Shown here: positions 20,647 to 30,250 of the stretch, piece by piece
Position numbering within the stretch: position 1 is the first letter of the stretch
How the letters are laid out: each line of letters begins with the position of its first letter
From: Leidyana gryllorum EB-2025a
Taxonomy: Eukaryota; Protista; Apicomplexa
DNA length: 64,000 nt
Direction of reading: 5' to 3'
Assembly: GCA_048772705.1 (NCBI GenBank)
Contig: JBLWGC010000230.1
Span: 868,001 to 932,000 of the forward strand
The notes under the pieces: generated by a model
Databases searched by the model: none
What the model was told of the DNA's origin: nothing
Seen by the model: the letters and a program-made list of their open reading frames with translations, nothing else
Made by a program: the position numbers and the translations under genes

Positions 20647-22005
20647 TCAAATCATTCCTGCGCCACCCATCATGGGAGGCTGTTGGGATTGCTGGGGTTG
20701 TTGAGCGGGCTGCTGAGGCATGGGAGGAGCCGGTTGGGGAAGAGGAGGCGGCTGAGCACTCTCAGTGGTTTCCTCCACATCTTCAGACGTCTCTTCCTGG
20801 CCAGCCTCCTCGGTCTCGGCTTCTTCCTCAGCTTCCTCAGTCTCCCCAGCCTCTTGTTCTTCGGTTTCTCCAGCTTCTTTTTCTTCAGTTTCGTCGCTAC
20901 CTTCTTCGGCGGCCTCGGTCTCGCCGGCTTCTTCCTCTCCTGCTTCTTCGGTCTCACCAGCTTCGGCAGCTTCCTCAGTCTCTTCGGCTTCCGTCTCATT
21001 GTCTTCGCCAGTTTCCTCAGTTTCTTCACCTTCGCCCTCTTCTCCAGCGGCTTCGGTTTCTTCGCCCTCAGCCTCAGTCTCTGAGCCCTCTTCCTCCTCG
21101 GCCTCAGTGGACTCTACTTCCTCCTCGCCTGCTTCCTCCTCATCGGAGCTGCTGCACGGACTCTCATCCGAGTCCGAGTCCTCGTCCTCATCACCAGGAA
21201 CGGGAGGTCGGGGGGTGGGTAGACCGCCGGACTTCTTACCACCGATGAGGTCGGCGGCGGCACCTGGGACGACGGGACCAGCCTGAGCAGCGGCAGCTGC
21301 TTCGGGGGTCATCTCCGGCACCGCGAAACCATCCGGATAGATCATGGCGTTCGAGAAACGGGAGGGATAGGGGGCGAGCGGGTTGACAAAGGGATAGGTA
21401 GGGGCAGCAACGGGTGACGCAGCAAAGTTGGCGACGGGAGTATAGGCAGGACTAGCATAGCTGGACTTGCTGGTGGTATAACCTTGATTGTACAATTGAG
21501 GAGCATAATAAGACGGTTGAGCAAATTGTTGTCCCTGTGTGGTAGGGTACATCTGTTGACCTTTCGTGGTGGGATACATCTGGGCAGCGCGGGAGAAAAT
21601 GGAGTCCTTGCTGGGAACTGAGGGGAAGCTGAAAGAGGGCAATTGAGACGCAGTGGGGAATGCAGCGCCCTTCTTTGAGCTTGCGACCGGGGTAGGCTGC
21701 GGGATAGCAGCCATGGAGCCCTTCTTTGAGCTGACCACCGGCGTGAACTGCGGGATAGCGGAGCCCTTCTTTGAGCTTGCCACCGGGGTGTATTGCGGAA
21801 CAGCCGCTCCAACACCTTGCTTCGAGCTGACTGGAGTCGGGACCGGGGTACCCTTCTTGGACAGCGTGGTGCTTGGCGCATATTGGCTGGGCTGAACAAC
21901 TCCGCTCTTGGTAGGCAAAACAGGGGTGAAACTCGGTTGGTAGCTGGACTTGGACAACTGGGCAGACGCCAGAGAGACGAGTCCGACAGCAAGGAGAGAC
22001 CTCAT
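20647..22005 (-). CDS. Secreted low-complexity repeat protein, 452 aa, intronless
   Basis: Signal peptide MRSLLAVGLVSLASA, repeated TPV(A/V)SSKKG units, Tyr/Pro/Gln-rich middle, Glu-rich acidic repeat region and Pro/Gln tail. Confidence 0.85.
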   Translation of the reverse strand: MRSLLAVGLVSLASAQLSKSSYQPSFTPVLPTKSGVVQPSQYAPSTTLSKKGTPVPTPVSSKQGVGAAVPQYTPVASSKKGSAIPQFTPVVSSKKGSMAAIPQPTPVASSKKGAAFPTASQLPSFSFPSVPSKDSIFSRAAQMYPTTKGQQMYPTTQGQQFAQPSYYAPQLYNQGYTTSKSSYASPAYTPVANFAASPVAAPTYPFVNPLAPYPSRFSNAMIYPDGFAVPEMTPEAAAAAQAGPVVPGAAADLIGGKKSGGLPTPRPPVPGDEDEDSDSDESPCSSSDEEEAGEEEVESTEAEEEEGSETEAEGEETEAAGEEGEGEETEETGEDNETEAEETEEAAEAGETEEAGEEEAGETEAAEEGSDETEEKEAGETEEQEAGETEEAEEEAETEEAGQEETSEDVEETTESAQPPPLPQPAPPMPQQPAQQPQQSQQPPMMGGAGMI

Positions 22006-22350
22006 TTCCAGAAATATACGGTAAACAGCAAAGCGACGTTAAAGGGGTGCAGGGTGCAATCTTGTTGCGTGCGAATACAGCCTCAAGATCCAAAATTGCA
22101 GCACTGGTCAGTGTTAACGGGGAACTCACCTTCCAAACGTTGCCGAAACCACAGCTTGCCTCAGCAAGCTTCCCTTCCTCTTCTTGAAGTAAGTTCCTTG
22201 ACGGAGTGTGTTACTCTTTGTGACCTCTCTTCTCTCTTCACACCCCGCTGTCGTCGCATTGAGTATTAGCATTCAGACACTTTTACAAAGCGCTTGAACG
22301 CTTGTCATTAGTGAGACCAATTTTCGATCTCCAAAGAGGCGTCTCTGGCG

Positions 22351-23612
22351 TCAATGACGAGTGGTAGTAGGTTGAGGACTGGCGAAGACCTCAATCATGT
22401 TACTGTAATGGTGAAATGTACTTTGATCCACATGCAACTCGTAGTCCACCATGTGTAAAAAGAGTCTCTCAATACGATTGAGCTCTTCAACCGACATCCC
22501 CCCAACGTCAGCGTAGTACTGATTGGAGTAATAAGTGTCATCGTAAAACTTCGCAGCGGTCACAAGCGCCGCAAACAGTATGCTGCAACACACCATGTCG
22601 GTGATTGATCAAATTCACACAGGAGAGCATCGCAAGGACAAACGGACTACACAAATGTCGGGAATAGCAATTCGCAAAGCACTGGTGCTACCAAGACCTT
22701 TGAGCAGTCATCGCACGTGAAGGTGACGCAATCATCAACAGGCAGGTGATCGAAATGTCAGCGCAAGATGCGCACAATAACGCTCGCCCACAGTTTCACT
22801 AGTTGCGCATGGCAAAAGTGATGCACTGGGAGCACTTCGGACCCTGCACACGCACATTCGCCGCACAAATTGTTGTTGCACATTGCAAGATTTGCTCTGC
22901 GGCTGGCACATATGCAAGGAAGATGCAGTTTGCGGGCACAATTGCACTGTAGATGCACTTTGCGCACAATATTGTGCTTGGGGCACACAAGACCTCTTGC
23001 TTGTGCGGCGTTGTCGTATGCACGAGAGAAGCTAGTTTTGAGGGTTTCAATGCAAGTATGGCCCCATATTGTCACGATTGGAGTGCCAGAGTGAATAGCA
23101 GTCGGCATGGAGTGAGGCTGCTTAGTGAGAGCTTACTTGCGAACATTGAAGGGGGACACCTCGAGTCCTTCTTGCCTTCTCAGTAGCCGGTCGACGTAAA
23201 CTAAGGCCAAGACGAAGCACTCATCAGAGCACCACATCTGTCGGTGGTATCGGAGTAGACAGCTTGACAAGTATGTGTCAAGCGGTTGTTTGGAGTCGAG
23301 TTCTGCCCAAGCGGTCGGGCACGTATTGGAAGCGCGGTGGGGAGTGAGCAGATGGTTATAGAGGTTAGAGAGTTTGGTTATCAAATCCGTCATGTGCCAG
23401 TCATCGCTGGGTGGTGCAACAGCTGTGTCGGGGTTGCCTCTTGTGAGGTGTTTCCGTCTCTGGGGTTCACATATGCTACGATTGATTCGGGCGCGGGGGG
23501 GCAGTGGTTTGAGCCTGCAGTTTGCGCGAGGCCTGGAGGTTGGTCGTGTTTGCCCGCGAATGATGTCGGTGTTGATCAGACACCCAGCGTTGACTAGTTG
23601 AGTAGCATTCAT
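22351..23612 (-). CDS. P/U-type (PHO80-like) cyclin, two exons
   Basis: CSDECFVLALVYVDRL..NVR|NILFAALVTAAKFYDDTYYSNQYYADVGGMSVEELNRIERLFL; intron about 22583-23136. Confidence 0.92.
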
Positions 23613-23731
23613 GTCTGATAATATCACTTTTGTCCAGAAAGAGGGACAGCGATTGATTTTCGGGGGGGGTCTCTATTGGACTACAAACTCCAGATATTGG
23701 GTACGACAGTCTCTGATATATGGGCGAACGT

Positions 23732-24496
23732 CTATGCTGAGGCGGGAGTGCGATGTGCCGGAGGCTTACCTATGACTTTTCGGCACCGTCCATGATATGC
23801 CGGATAGGTGTCGGCAGCCCACTGGAGCAAGTCGAGGGCCTGTTGTTGGGAAGAAAGACAGGGATTTGGGGCCCTAAGATTATTGGGGTGACTCACATCC
23901 ATTTGCATGATGACTGTACAACAAAGGGACATGGCAGTGCATTCGGCTGCCCGATTACCACCAAATATGCGGGGGAGATCTTCACATAACAAAGAGTGTA
24001 TTTTGCCCGTGCAGGCACCAATCCTTTCAGCCACATCATCGCTATCGCTCGCCAGAGTTTCTGTCGACGAACAAGTCCCTCCCCCAGCCATCGCTTCCTT
24101 CTTTAGTTCATGCAAACTTCTCAGAAGTGTTCGACACTCCTCTCTCATTTCCACTTGCTGTGCTGTCACTCGGGGAGAAGTACGCGGGCCACCAGGCGCC
24201 CGATCCAGCCGGTCTCGGCCCGCCTCAATCAGTCGCCGTAGAGGCAATCCCGCACTGAGATCCGAATGTGAGTTCCGCAACGCAGCTTCATCCTCCGACA
24301 CGAGACTGACGTCATCCTCCGCTTCCTCTTCACCAGACGCCTCGTCTTCTACATGACTCGACAACAGAGTCTCACCCAACCCCTCAACGCTCTTATCTCG
24401 CACCGGAGACGAGAAAAAGAACATCCATAATGCCCACACTCCCAATAGCAGGGTGATTACCCACGTTGCTATCAGTCGAATCAAGTGTGCAAGCAT
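23732..24496 (-). CDS. Hypothetical protein with N-terminal transmembrane anchor
   Basis: 254-aa ORF with a hydrophobic segment at aa 5-29, then an acidic linker and a helical domain. Confidence 0.65.
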   Translation of the reverse strand: MLAHLIRLIATWVITLLLGVWALWMFFFSSPVRDKSVEGLGETLLSSHVEDEASGEEEAEDDVSLVSEDEAALRNSHSDLSAGLPLRRLIEAGRDRLDRAPGGPRTSPRVTAQQVEMREECRTLLRSLHELKKEAMAGGGTCSSTETLASDSDDVAERIGACTGKIHSLLCEDLPRIFGGNRAAECTAMSLCCTVIMQMDVSHPNNLRAPNPCLSSQQQALDLLQWAADTYPAYHGRCRKVIGKPPAHRTPASA

Positions 24497-24526
24497 CTAA
24501 AATTGGTCGCACCTTGGTGCAGCACG

Positions 24527-25570
24527 ATGCAAGACAAAGAACCCATCAGCTTTTTCATTACATTGATATGTCTAATCGCAGCTCTCTTCTTTACCTTTGG
24601 ATTCCTCTATCATCTGCCCCCTGAAAGAGCCGTTGTCACCATCTCTGAAACCCTTGCCAGTGTGGCACCCATTTACGTTATCACCCCCACGTACTTCCGT
24701 GCAGCACAAGTGCCTCACCTCGTGCGCCAATTTTGGGCTCTGGCCGGTCCTCATGGCGCAAACATCACTTGGATCCTCGTACAGGACGCCTCGAAAGTTG
24801 ATCCAATGATAGAGCGCGAACTTTCAAAACTCCTCGACACTCTCTATCCTCCAGATCAAGAAGAGCAAACCCCTTCTGCGCGCATGCTCAATGTCCATTA
24901 TATCAGCCTCAACCGACCCCCAGTCACCAGCAAGAGATGTCGGGGGCTATTACCGCGCAACGCGGGTTTCCAACGGGTCTTCAAGTTGGCTGAAGAAGCT
25001 GACAACTGGGATGGCTGGCTTTACTTCCTAGACGATGACAACACCATCGACCCACGTTTGTGGGACGAAATACGTAAGGTTCAGCGGGTAGGCTTATGGC
25101 CAGTTGGGAATATGGGAGGTAGAGGAGTGAGCACCCCGCTGTTGAATGAGAAAGGGCACATTGTTGGAATGTTCGACGGATACATGAAAAGGAGGTTCCC
25201 TGTGGACACCGCTGGGCTTGGGTTCAAGTTGGATTTTCTGCGCACGCGTGCGCTAGACCAAAATGCCACCCCGGAGACGTACTGGCCGTGGGGGGAATGT
25301 CGGGCGGGCCTGCAGGAGTCTATCTTGATGGCCAAGACGGGTTTGGGGTGGAATGAGATAGAACCGTTGGCCAATCAGTGCACCGAGATTTTGGTTTGGC
25401 ACACACAGACAAAGGACATAGAGTTGGATTTGCCCTTGGAAGAGATTGCACAGACCGCGATGGCCCATTCGAACTTTGCGGCTTTCGCCAACCTACTTGA
25501 AAGGGAGGTGGTTCATCAGGAGCGGCAAAAGGCAACAAAAGTTGGGGCAAAAACTGCCAAGGCTACATGA
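24527..25570 (+). CDS. GT43 glycosyltransferase (beta-1,3-glucuronosyltransferase-like), copy 1
   Basis: Type II TM, IYVITPTY, YFLDDDNT, VGLWPVG, FPVDTAG, QES, EPLANQCTEILVWHTQT. Confidence 0.92.
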   Translation: MQDKEPISFFITLICLIAALFFTFGFLYHLPPERAVVTISETLASVAPIYVITPTYFRAAQVPHLVRQFWALAGPHGANITWILVQDASKVDPMIERELSKLLDTLYPPDQEEQTPSARMLNVHYISLNRPPVTSKRCRGLLPRNAGFQRVFKLAEEADNWDGWLYFLDDDNTIDPRLWDEIRKVQRVGLWPVGNMGGRGVSTPLLNEKGHIVGMFDGYMKRRFPVDTAGLGFKLDFLRTRALDQNATPETYWPWGECRAGLQESILMAKTGLGWNEIEPLANQCTEILVWHTQTKDIELDLPLEEIAQTAMAHSNFAAFANLLEREVVHQERQKATKVGAKTAKAT

Positions 25571-26760
25571 TCCGAGACCCTGTCATCTGCATTGGTCTTT
25601 TCACATTATTGGCGTGTCTCGGTATCTACCTGACTCACCGTAGTGAAATAGGCGCTTGGGTGGAGCCAAGATATCTTCAAGATTTGCAACCCAGCATTCG
25701 AGGTACACCATATAGCACGAGTGACAACGAGCCTCTTGAGCGAAGAGATGGTCCGGTTTACGTAGTGACGCCTGTCACCAAGAACGTGAGCACAATCCCC
25801 CATTTGACGAGACTGATGTGGACGCTGGGGACCGTTGGAGATGTGCACTGGATAATTATTGAGGACGACATCAATGTCAGTGACCGTCTGCGCAGTGTAT
25901 TGCAGCAGGAGTTGGATCGTCTCTGTTCTCATCGAGCTTATCCAAACTGTACCCTAGTGATCGATTACATGGCTCATGCAGACAAGGCGTCGAGGATGAA
26001 AAGGGTGTGTCGAGGCCGATTGCCACGGAATGCTGGTATCCGGCGTACTATCCAATTAGCTCAAGAAGCGGATACTGGCGGTTGGCTTTACTTTCTTGAT
26101 GACGATAACACGTTCTCTCCGCTCCTGTTTGACGAGATTAGGAAAATTAAGAAAGTTGGTGTATGGCCTGTTGGGAACATGGGATCGACATTGATATCTT
26201 CACCCCTGCTGGATGTAAATGGCAAGGTGACAGCGTTCTACGACGGTTACGCTGGTCGGAAGTATCAAATGGATATGGCCGGCTTCGGCTTTAATATTAA
26301 TTTCATGTTTGAGAAGGCAGCCTCAGCGGGCGTGCCGACAGCCGAGTACTGGACTTGGGACAAATGTCACGTGGGCAAGCAGGAGTCCGATCTCGTGTCT
26401 AAAGGCGTAGATAAGCTCGCTGATCTGGAGCCCTTGGCATCAAATTGCACAGAGATCTACGTCTGGCACACTCAAACAGCCAAAGTCCCTCCGATCAAAA
26501 CTTGGAAGTTCAAGGCTCTTGTCAACAAAGCATCGCAGTACATCAATGGCCCCCAAATATTGCAATTGTTCGAAACTTATGGAGCCGCCGTGCCTGAAGT
26601 TCCCGACAGTATACTCCCGATCATCCTGAAACAATCAACTCCAACTCCAACTTCCACCACCACTACCACCACTACCACTACCACTACAACGAGCCGAGAG
26701 AGTACGAGGGCTGCTGCAGACGCGGATGACGAGAGCATTTCTGGTGCTATTGCGGATTGA
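25567..26760 (+). CDS. GT43 glycosyltransferase, copy 2, with poly-Thr tail
   Basis: Type II TM, VYVVTP, YFLDDDNT, VGVWPVG, MDMAGFGF, QES, LEPLASNCTEIYVWHTQT. Confidence 0.92.
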   Translation: MIRDPVICIGLFTLLACLGIYLTHRSEIGAWVEPRYLQDLQPSIRGTPYSTSDNEPLERRDGPVYVVTPVTKNVSTIPHLTRLMWTLGTVGDVHWIIIEDDINVSDRLRSVLQQELDRLCSHRAYPNCTLVIDYMAHADKASRMKRVCRGRLPRNAGIRRTIQLAQEADTGGWLYFLDDDNTFSPLLFDEIRKIKKVGVWPVGNMGSTLISSPLLDVNGKVTAFYDGYAGRKYQMDMAGFGFNINFMFEKAASAGVPTAEYWTWDKCHVGKQESDLVSKGVDKLADLEPLASNCTEIYVWHTQTAKVPPIKTWKFKALVNKASQYINGPQILQLFETYGAAVPEVPDSILPIILKQSTPTPTSTTTTTTTTTTTTSRESTRAAADADDESISGAIAD

Positions 26761-27259
26761 AGGTCAGGTGCCAAGATTTGTGGCGCCACCAGACTCTTTT
26801 CGGGTATGGAATTTGTTCCGGTCGCTGGTGGAGTGAGGAAGCGGGCGAACTCACTCCCTCAACTCAACTCGCTCGAGTCAGGCGAATGGATCTCATACCG
26901 ATAGAATGCAAATGTATCTTTACTCTCTTCTTCTCCTCTCCTCTCTGTCTCACTTCTTTCCTCTTTGACTCTGTGTATCTCACGGTCCCTGTCTCTGTTC
27001 CCATGTTGTTTAAGTCATTGATAGTTAGCGTTACTGTGCTGACAAAATCGATGCAGAATAGGCGAAGCGTGAGTTGGTAATGACGTGTGTTATGACGGTA
27101 GGTTCTGGCTGTCCAGCAGCCTCACATCAGCAGCAATTGACCTTCCAAGCGGCACTGCGACCGAAATAATCTACGCAGTCTATATTGGGATCTCAGTTTT
27201 GTCTCTCGGATACACTTTACTGAATCGTCCTCGGCGCGCCGCCCCCCCCGCAAACGTCG

Positions 27260-28402
27260 ATGTCGAGGCGACTCTTTTTACTGTGCGCTGCCGTGTTGAG
27301 CTTTTGCGTCACTGCACTCTTCTTATATTCCAGCGATGGGGGTCATCAGCGGTACTCACCGTCGCCAAACATGAGTCAATCAGTGGACATGAAGGTTTCA
27401 CAGGAGGGGCCAACAATGGATGCGCGGGCAATCGAGAGACCGCTCCTGGTCGATGATCACGGGCCCCCGGTATATGTCATAACCCCAGTGAAGAAGGACG
27501 TTCGCACTATTCCACACATTTTGAGGCAGATGTGGATGATGAAAGCCGCAGGGAGTGTACATTGGATCATCGTGCAAGATGATCTCAAGGTAGACGAAGG
27601 ATTCCGAGACACAATCAATGAGGAGCTGCGTTATGTATGTTCTCCTTTGGGCGTGGAGGCTTGTAGTCTGGTGGTCGACATCATAAGTCCCCCCACGATT
27701 CCGGGAAAGGAAGATCAATCAACCTGTCGGGGGCGAGTGCCCCGCAATGAAGGCATTCGGCGTGCTCTCAAGTGGGCTGTGAATGCGCGAACCGCTGATA
27801 ATTCGACCGATGGCACCCATCATCGACCTTCGGGATGGCTATATTTCCTCGATGACGACAATACCGTGTCGCCACGATTGTTCGCAGAGATCCGGCGCAT
27901 CAAACGAGTCGGCGTGTGGCCGGTCGGTAGTATGGGGAGCACTTTGATCTCTTCACCCCTCCTCGACCACGAAGGGAAAGTTGCAAGTTTTTACGACATA
28001 TTCACTGAAAGGGAGTATCAGATGGATATGGCCGGATACGCCTTCAATATTGATTTAATGTTGGCCAGAGCCCTCGAAGCCGGACTCGATCCCGGCGATT
28101 ATTGGGTGTGGCACAGCTGCCATCAGGGCCAAATGGAATCCGAGCTCATTGCCAAAGCTGTCGATGGTTTAGATCAGCTGGAGCCATTGGCCTCCAATTG
28201 TTCCAAATTGTTAGTTTGGCACACTCAGACCTCCAAAGTGGCTAGCGTATTGGCCGCCAAACACCAGTGGCTGGCCAATCAATCATCTAATTATAGCAAC
28301 GTCCAGAGTCTGCTCAACATGTTTGACCTCTATGGGCCTCGTTTTTTGACCAACAACCGCCTTCGAAGACGCAAAGGGGGGCGTAAAAAATCTACCAGGT
28401 AG
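27260..28402 (+). CDS. GT43 glycosyltransferase, copy 3
   Basis: Type II TM, VYVITP, YFLDDDNT, VGVWPVG, MDMAGYAF, MES, LEPLASNCSKLLVWHTQT. Confidence 0.92.
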   Translation: MSRRLFLLCAAVLSFCVTALFLYSSDGGHQRYSPSPNMSQSVDMKVSQEGPTMDARAIERPLLVDDHGPPVYVITPVKKDVRTIPHILRQMWMMKAAGSVHWIIVQDDLKVDEGFRDTINEELRYVCSPLGVEACSLVVDIISPPTIPGKEDQSTCRGRVPRNEGIRRALKWAVNARTADNSTDGTHHRPSGWLYFLDDDNTVSPRLFAEIRRIKRVGVWPVGSMGSTLISSPLLDHEGKVASFYDIFTEREYQMDMAGYAFNIDLMLARALEAGLDPGDYWVWHSCHQGQMESELIAKAVDGLDQLEPLASNCSKLLVWHTQTSKVASVLAAKHQWLANQSSNYSNVQSLLNMFDLYGPRFLTNNRLRRRKGGRKKSTR

Positions 28403-28560
28403 CCTCTCACATGTGCAAAAGTAGAGTATCATTGTGTGTTCGACCATTCGACCCTATCCAAACGACTAAAAGAAACGGAGCAATACATACCCCCCCTTCA
28501 CCTTCCAAGGTACTTTGAGACTGAGTACGAGACTTCAAAAAAACTTATTACCAGTCCAGG

Positions 28561-30135
28561 ATGACCATCACGGTGGAAGTGCAGCCCGCATCCCACGATG
28601 AGCGAAAGACGCGGTCTCGTGCTGAGGTGATCATTTTCCGACTTTTGTTGTTAGCGCTGCTGGTATCCGCCGTCTTATTGATTGGGTTATTATGCTACAG
28701 TTCGGTGGGGCGGACGGAAAGCGAGCGCAGGGCTGCGGCAGCTGTGCAAGTGAATGAGGAGCTTTTTTCGACAGCCCCAGCTGCTCGGCGGAAACTAATG
28801 ATCGTTGATGGCAATGAAGTTGACGAGAGCTCGTTAACCAGCTTGGACTACGAGTCTCCTATATATGTAATCACTCCGACTTATCGACACCGGCAGCAAG
28901 TATTACATTTGACGCGACACCTATGGCTCTTAGCCACGGTACCCAATATAGTTTGGATTGTTATACAGGACGATGTTGAGACCGACCCCTTCATACGCGA
29001 TTACCTCCGGGATCAGATGCGCGAGATACGACAGAACCCCTTTTACCGCGAGTCCACTCTACAGCTCGTTTACATCGGACGAGGTCCCCGTGGCCGTGAT
29101 GCCAAAAGGCGAATCTGTCGTGGCCGTCTGGGAAGAAACAAAGCCTTCGCGGAAGTCGCAGCCCGAGCTTTGCATCCCCAGCTCGCGCTCGCTGATAGGG
29201 AGGAAGCCGAGTCTTCGGGAAGGTTTGTTCAGCAAGGTGTACACAACCACAGCGGTCTGCGCTTTGCAGAATCGAAGCCAAGTATGACTGGGTGGCTCTA
29301 TTTCCTCGATGATGACAATACCTTCACCCCGGCACTCTTCACGGAAGTGCGCAAGATCAAACGAGTTGGGGTGTGGCCTGTTGGAAACATGGCCAGAGTG
29401 CTGACGAGTTCCCCGCTTGTCTTCCCAAACAACACTGTGGGAGCCTTCCTGGACGGATACACCCACCGAACTTGGACGCTCGACATGGCTGGTTTCGGTT
29501 TCAGCATCGACTGGATGAACCAGAGGGCACAGGACGCTGGCCAGAGTTTCTACGAGTACTGGCACCTCAAGGACTGCCAAAGGGGAGGGATGGAGAGCAT
29601 CATGTTGGATAGAGCTGTTAGCTCTCGCCTCGAGATGGAGCCTCTGGCCGATAGATGCACCAAGACTCTTGTGTGGCACACGAGAACTGAGGACATTGGA
29701 GCCGTCAAAAACGGTTACCGGCAATGGTTGTATCGGCGAAAAGGTGTTTTTGTCAATGCTGACAGTCTCCTTCGGGAGATCGAACATCACGGGCTCGCCA
29801 AAGACCATATCGCTGCCCAGCCTCCTCCCTTCCTCGGTCTCCCTGGAGACGCAGATCAGATCATGGGGGTTGGGTGGTACCCCGATCTCCTCCACCACGA
29901 TGATGAAGAAGCCGATAACCTCCCCGCAGTAGCTGACAAGATCCCGTCGCGGCCCTCAGATGAGCTCCCAGTTGTTGAGTTTCTCGTCCCAGATGCCCAA
30001 GGCGACTTCCTCCCCCCCCTCTCTGACCGAAAGCCCCACAATCCGTCACCGAAAAACGAAGGGGTGCATCTGGTCGTCAAAGATGATGGAACCGTCCACA
30101 AGTCGAACCCTCCTAAACAAGTTATGGCCGTTTAG
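28561..30135 (+). CDS. GT43 glycosyltransferase, copy 4, with insertions and C-terminal extension
   Basis: Type II TM, IYVITPTY, YFLDDDNT, VGVWPVG, LDMAGFGF, MES, MEPLADRCTKTLVWHTRT. Confidence 0.92.
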   Translation: MTITVEVQPASHDERKTRSRAEVIIFRLLLLALLVSAVLLIGLLCYSSVGRTESERRAAAAVQVNEELFSTAPAARRKLMIVDGNEVDESSLTSLDYESPIYVITPTYRHRQQVLHLTRHLWLLATVPNIVWIVIQDDVETDPFIRDYLRDQMREIRQNPFYRESTLQLVYIGRGPRGRDAKRRICRGRLGRNKAFAEVAARALHPQLALADREEAESSGRFVQQGVHNHSGLRFAESKPSMTGWLYFLDDDNTFTPALFTEVRKIKRVGVWPVGNMARVLTSSPLVFPNNTVGAFLDGYTHRTWTLDMAGFGFSIDWMNQRAQDAGQSFYEYWHLKDCQRGGMESIMLDRAVSSRLEMEPLADRCTKTLVWHTRTEDIGAVKNGYRQWLYRRKGVFVNADSLLREIEHHGLAKDHIAAQPPPFLGLPGDADQIMGVGWYPDLLHHDDEEADNLPAVADKIPSRPSDELPVVEFLVPDAQGDFLPPLSDRKPHNPSPKNEGVHLVVKDDGTVHKSNPPKQVMAV

Positions 30136-30250
30136 ACATAATTTGATCTTCTCCATTGAGTGACCGACTTACCTTATTATGTTAGAGTCGATTATTTTGG
30201 CTTCGAGGGGAGGAGTTCTTTCCTCCCATCCACGCAGCCCCGTGCCAGCA

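Noticed and set aside
20535-22269. Multiple overlapping ORFs in other frames and strands
   Set aside because: By-products of the low-complexity repeats in the 452-aa secreted protein.
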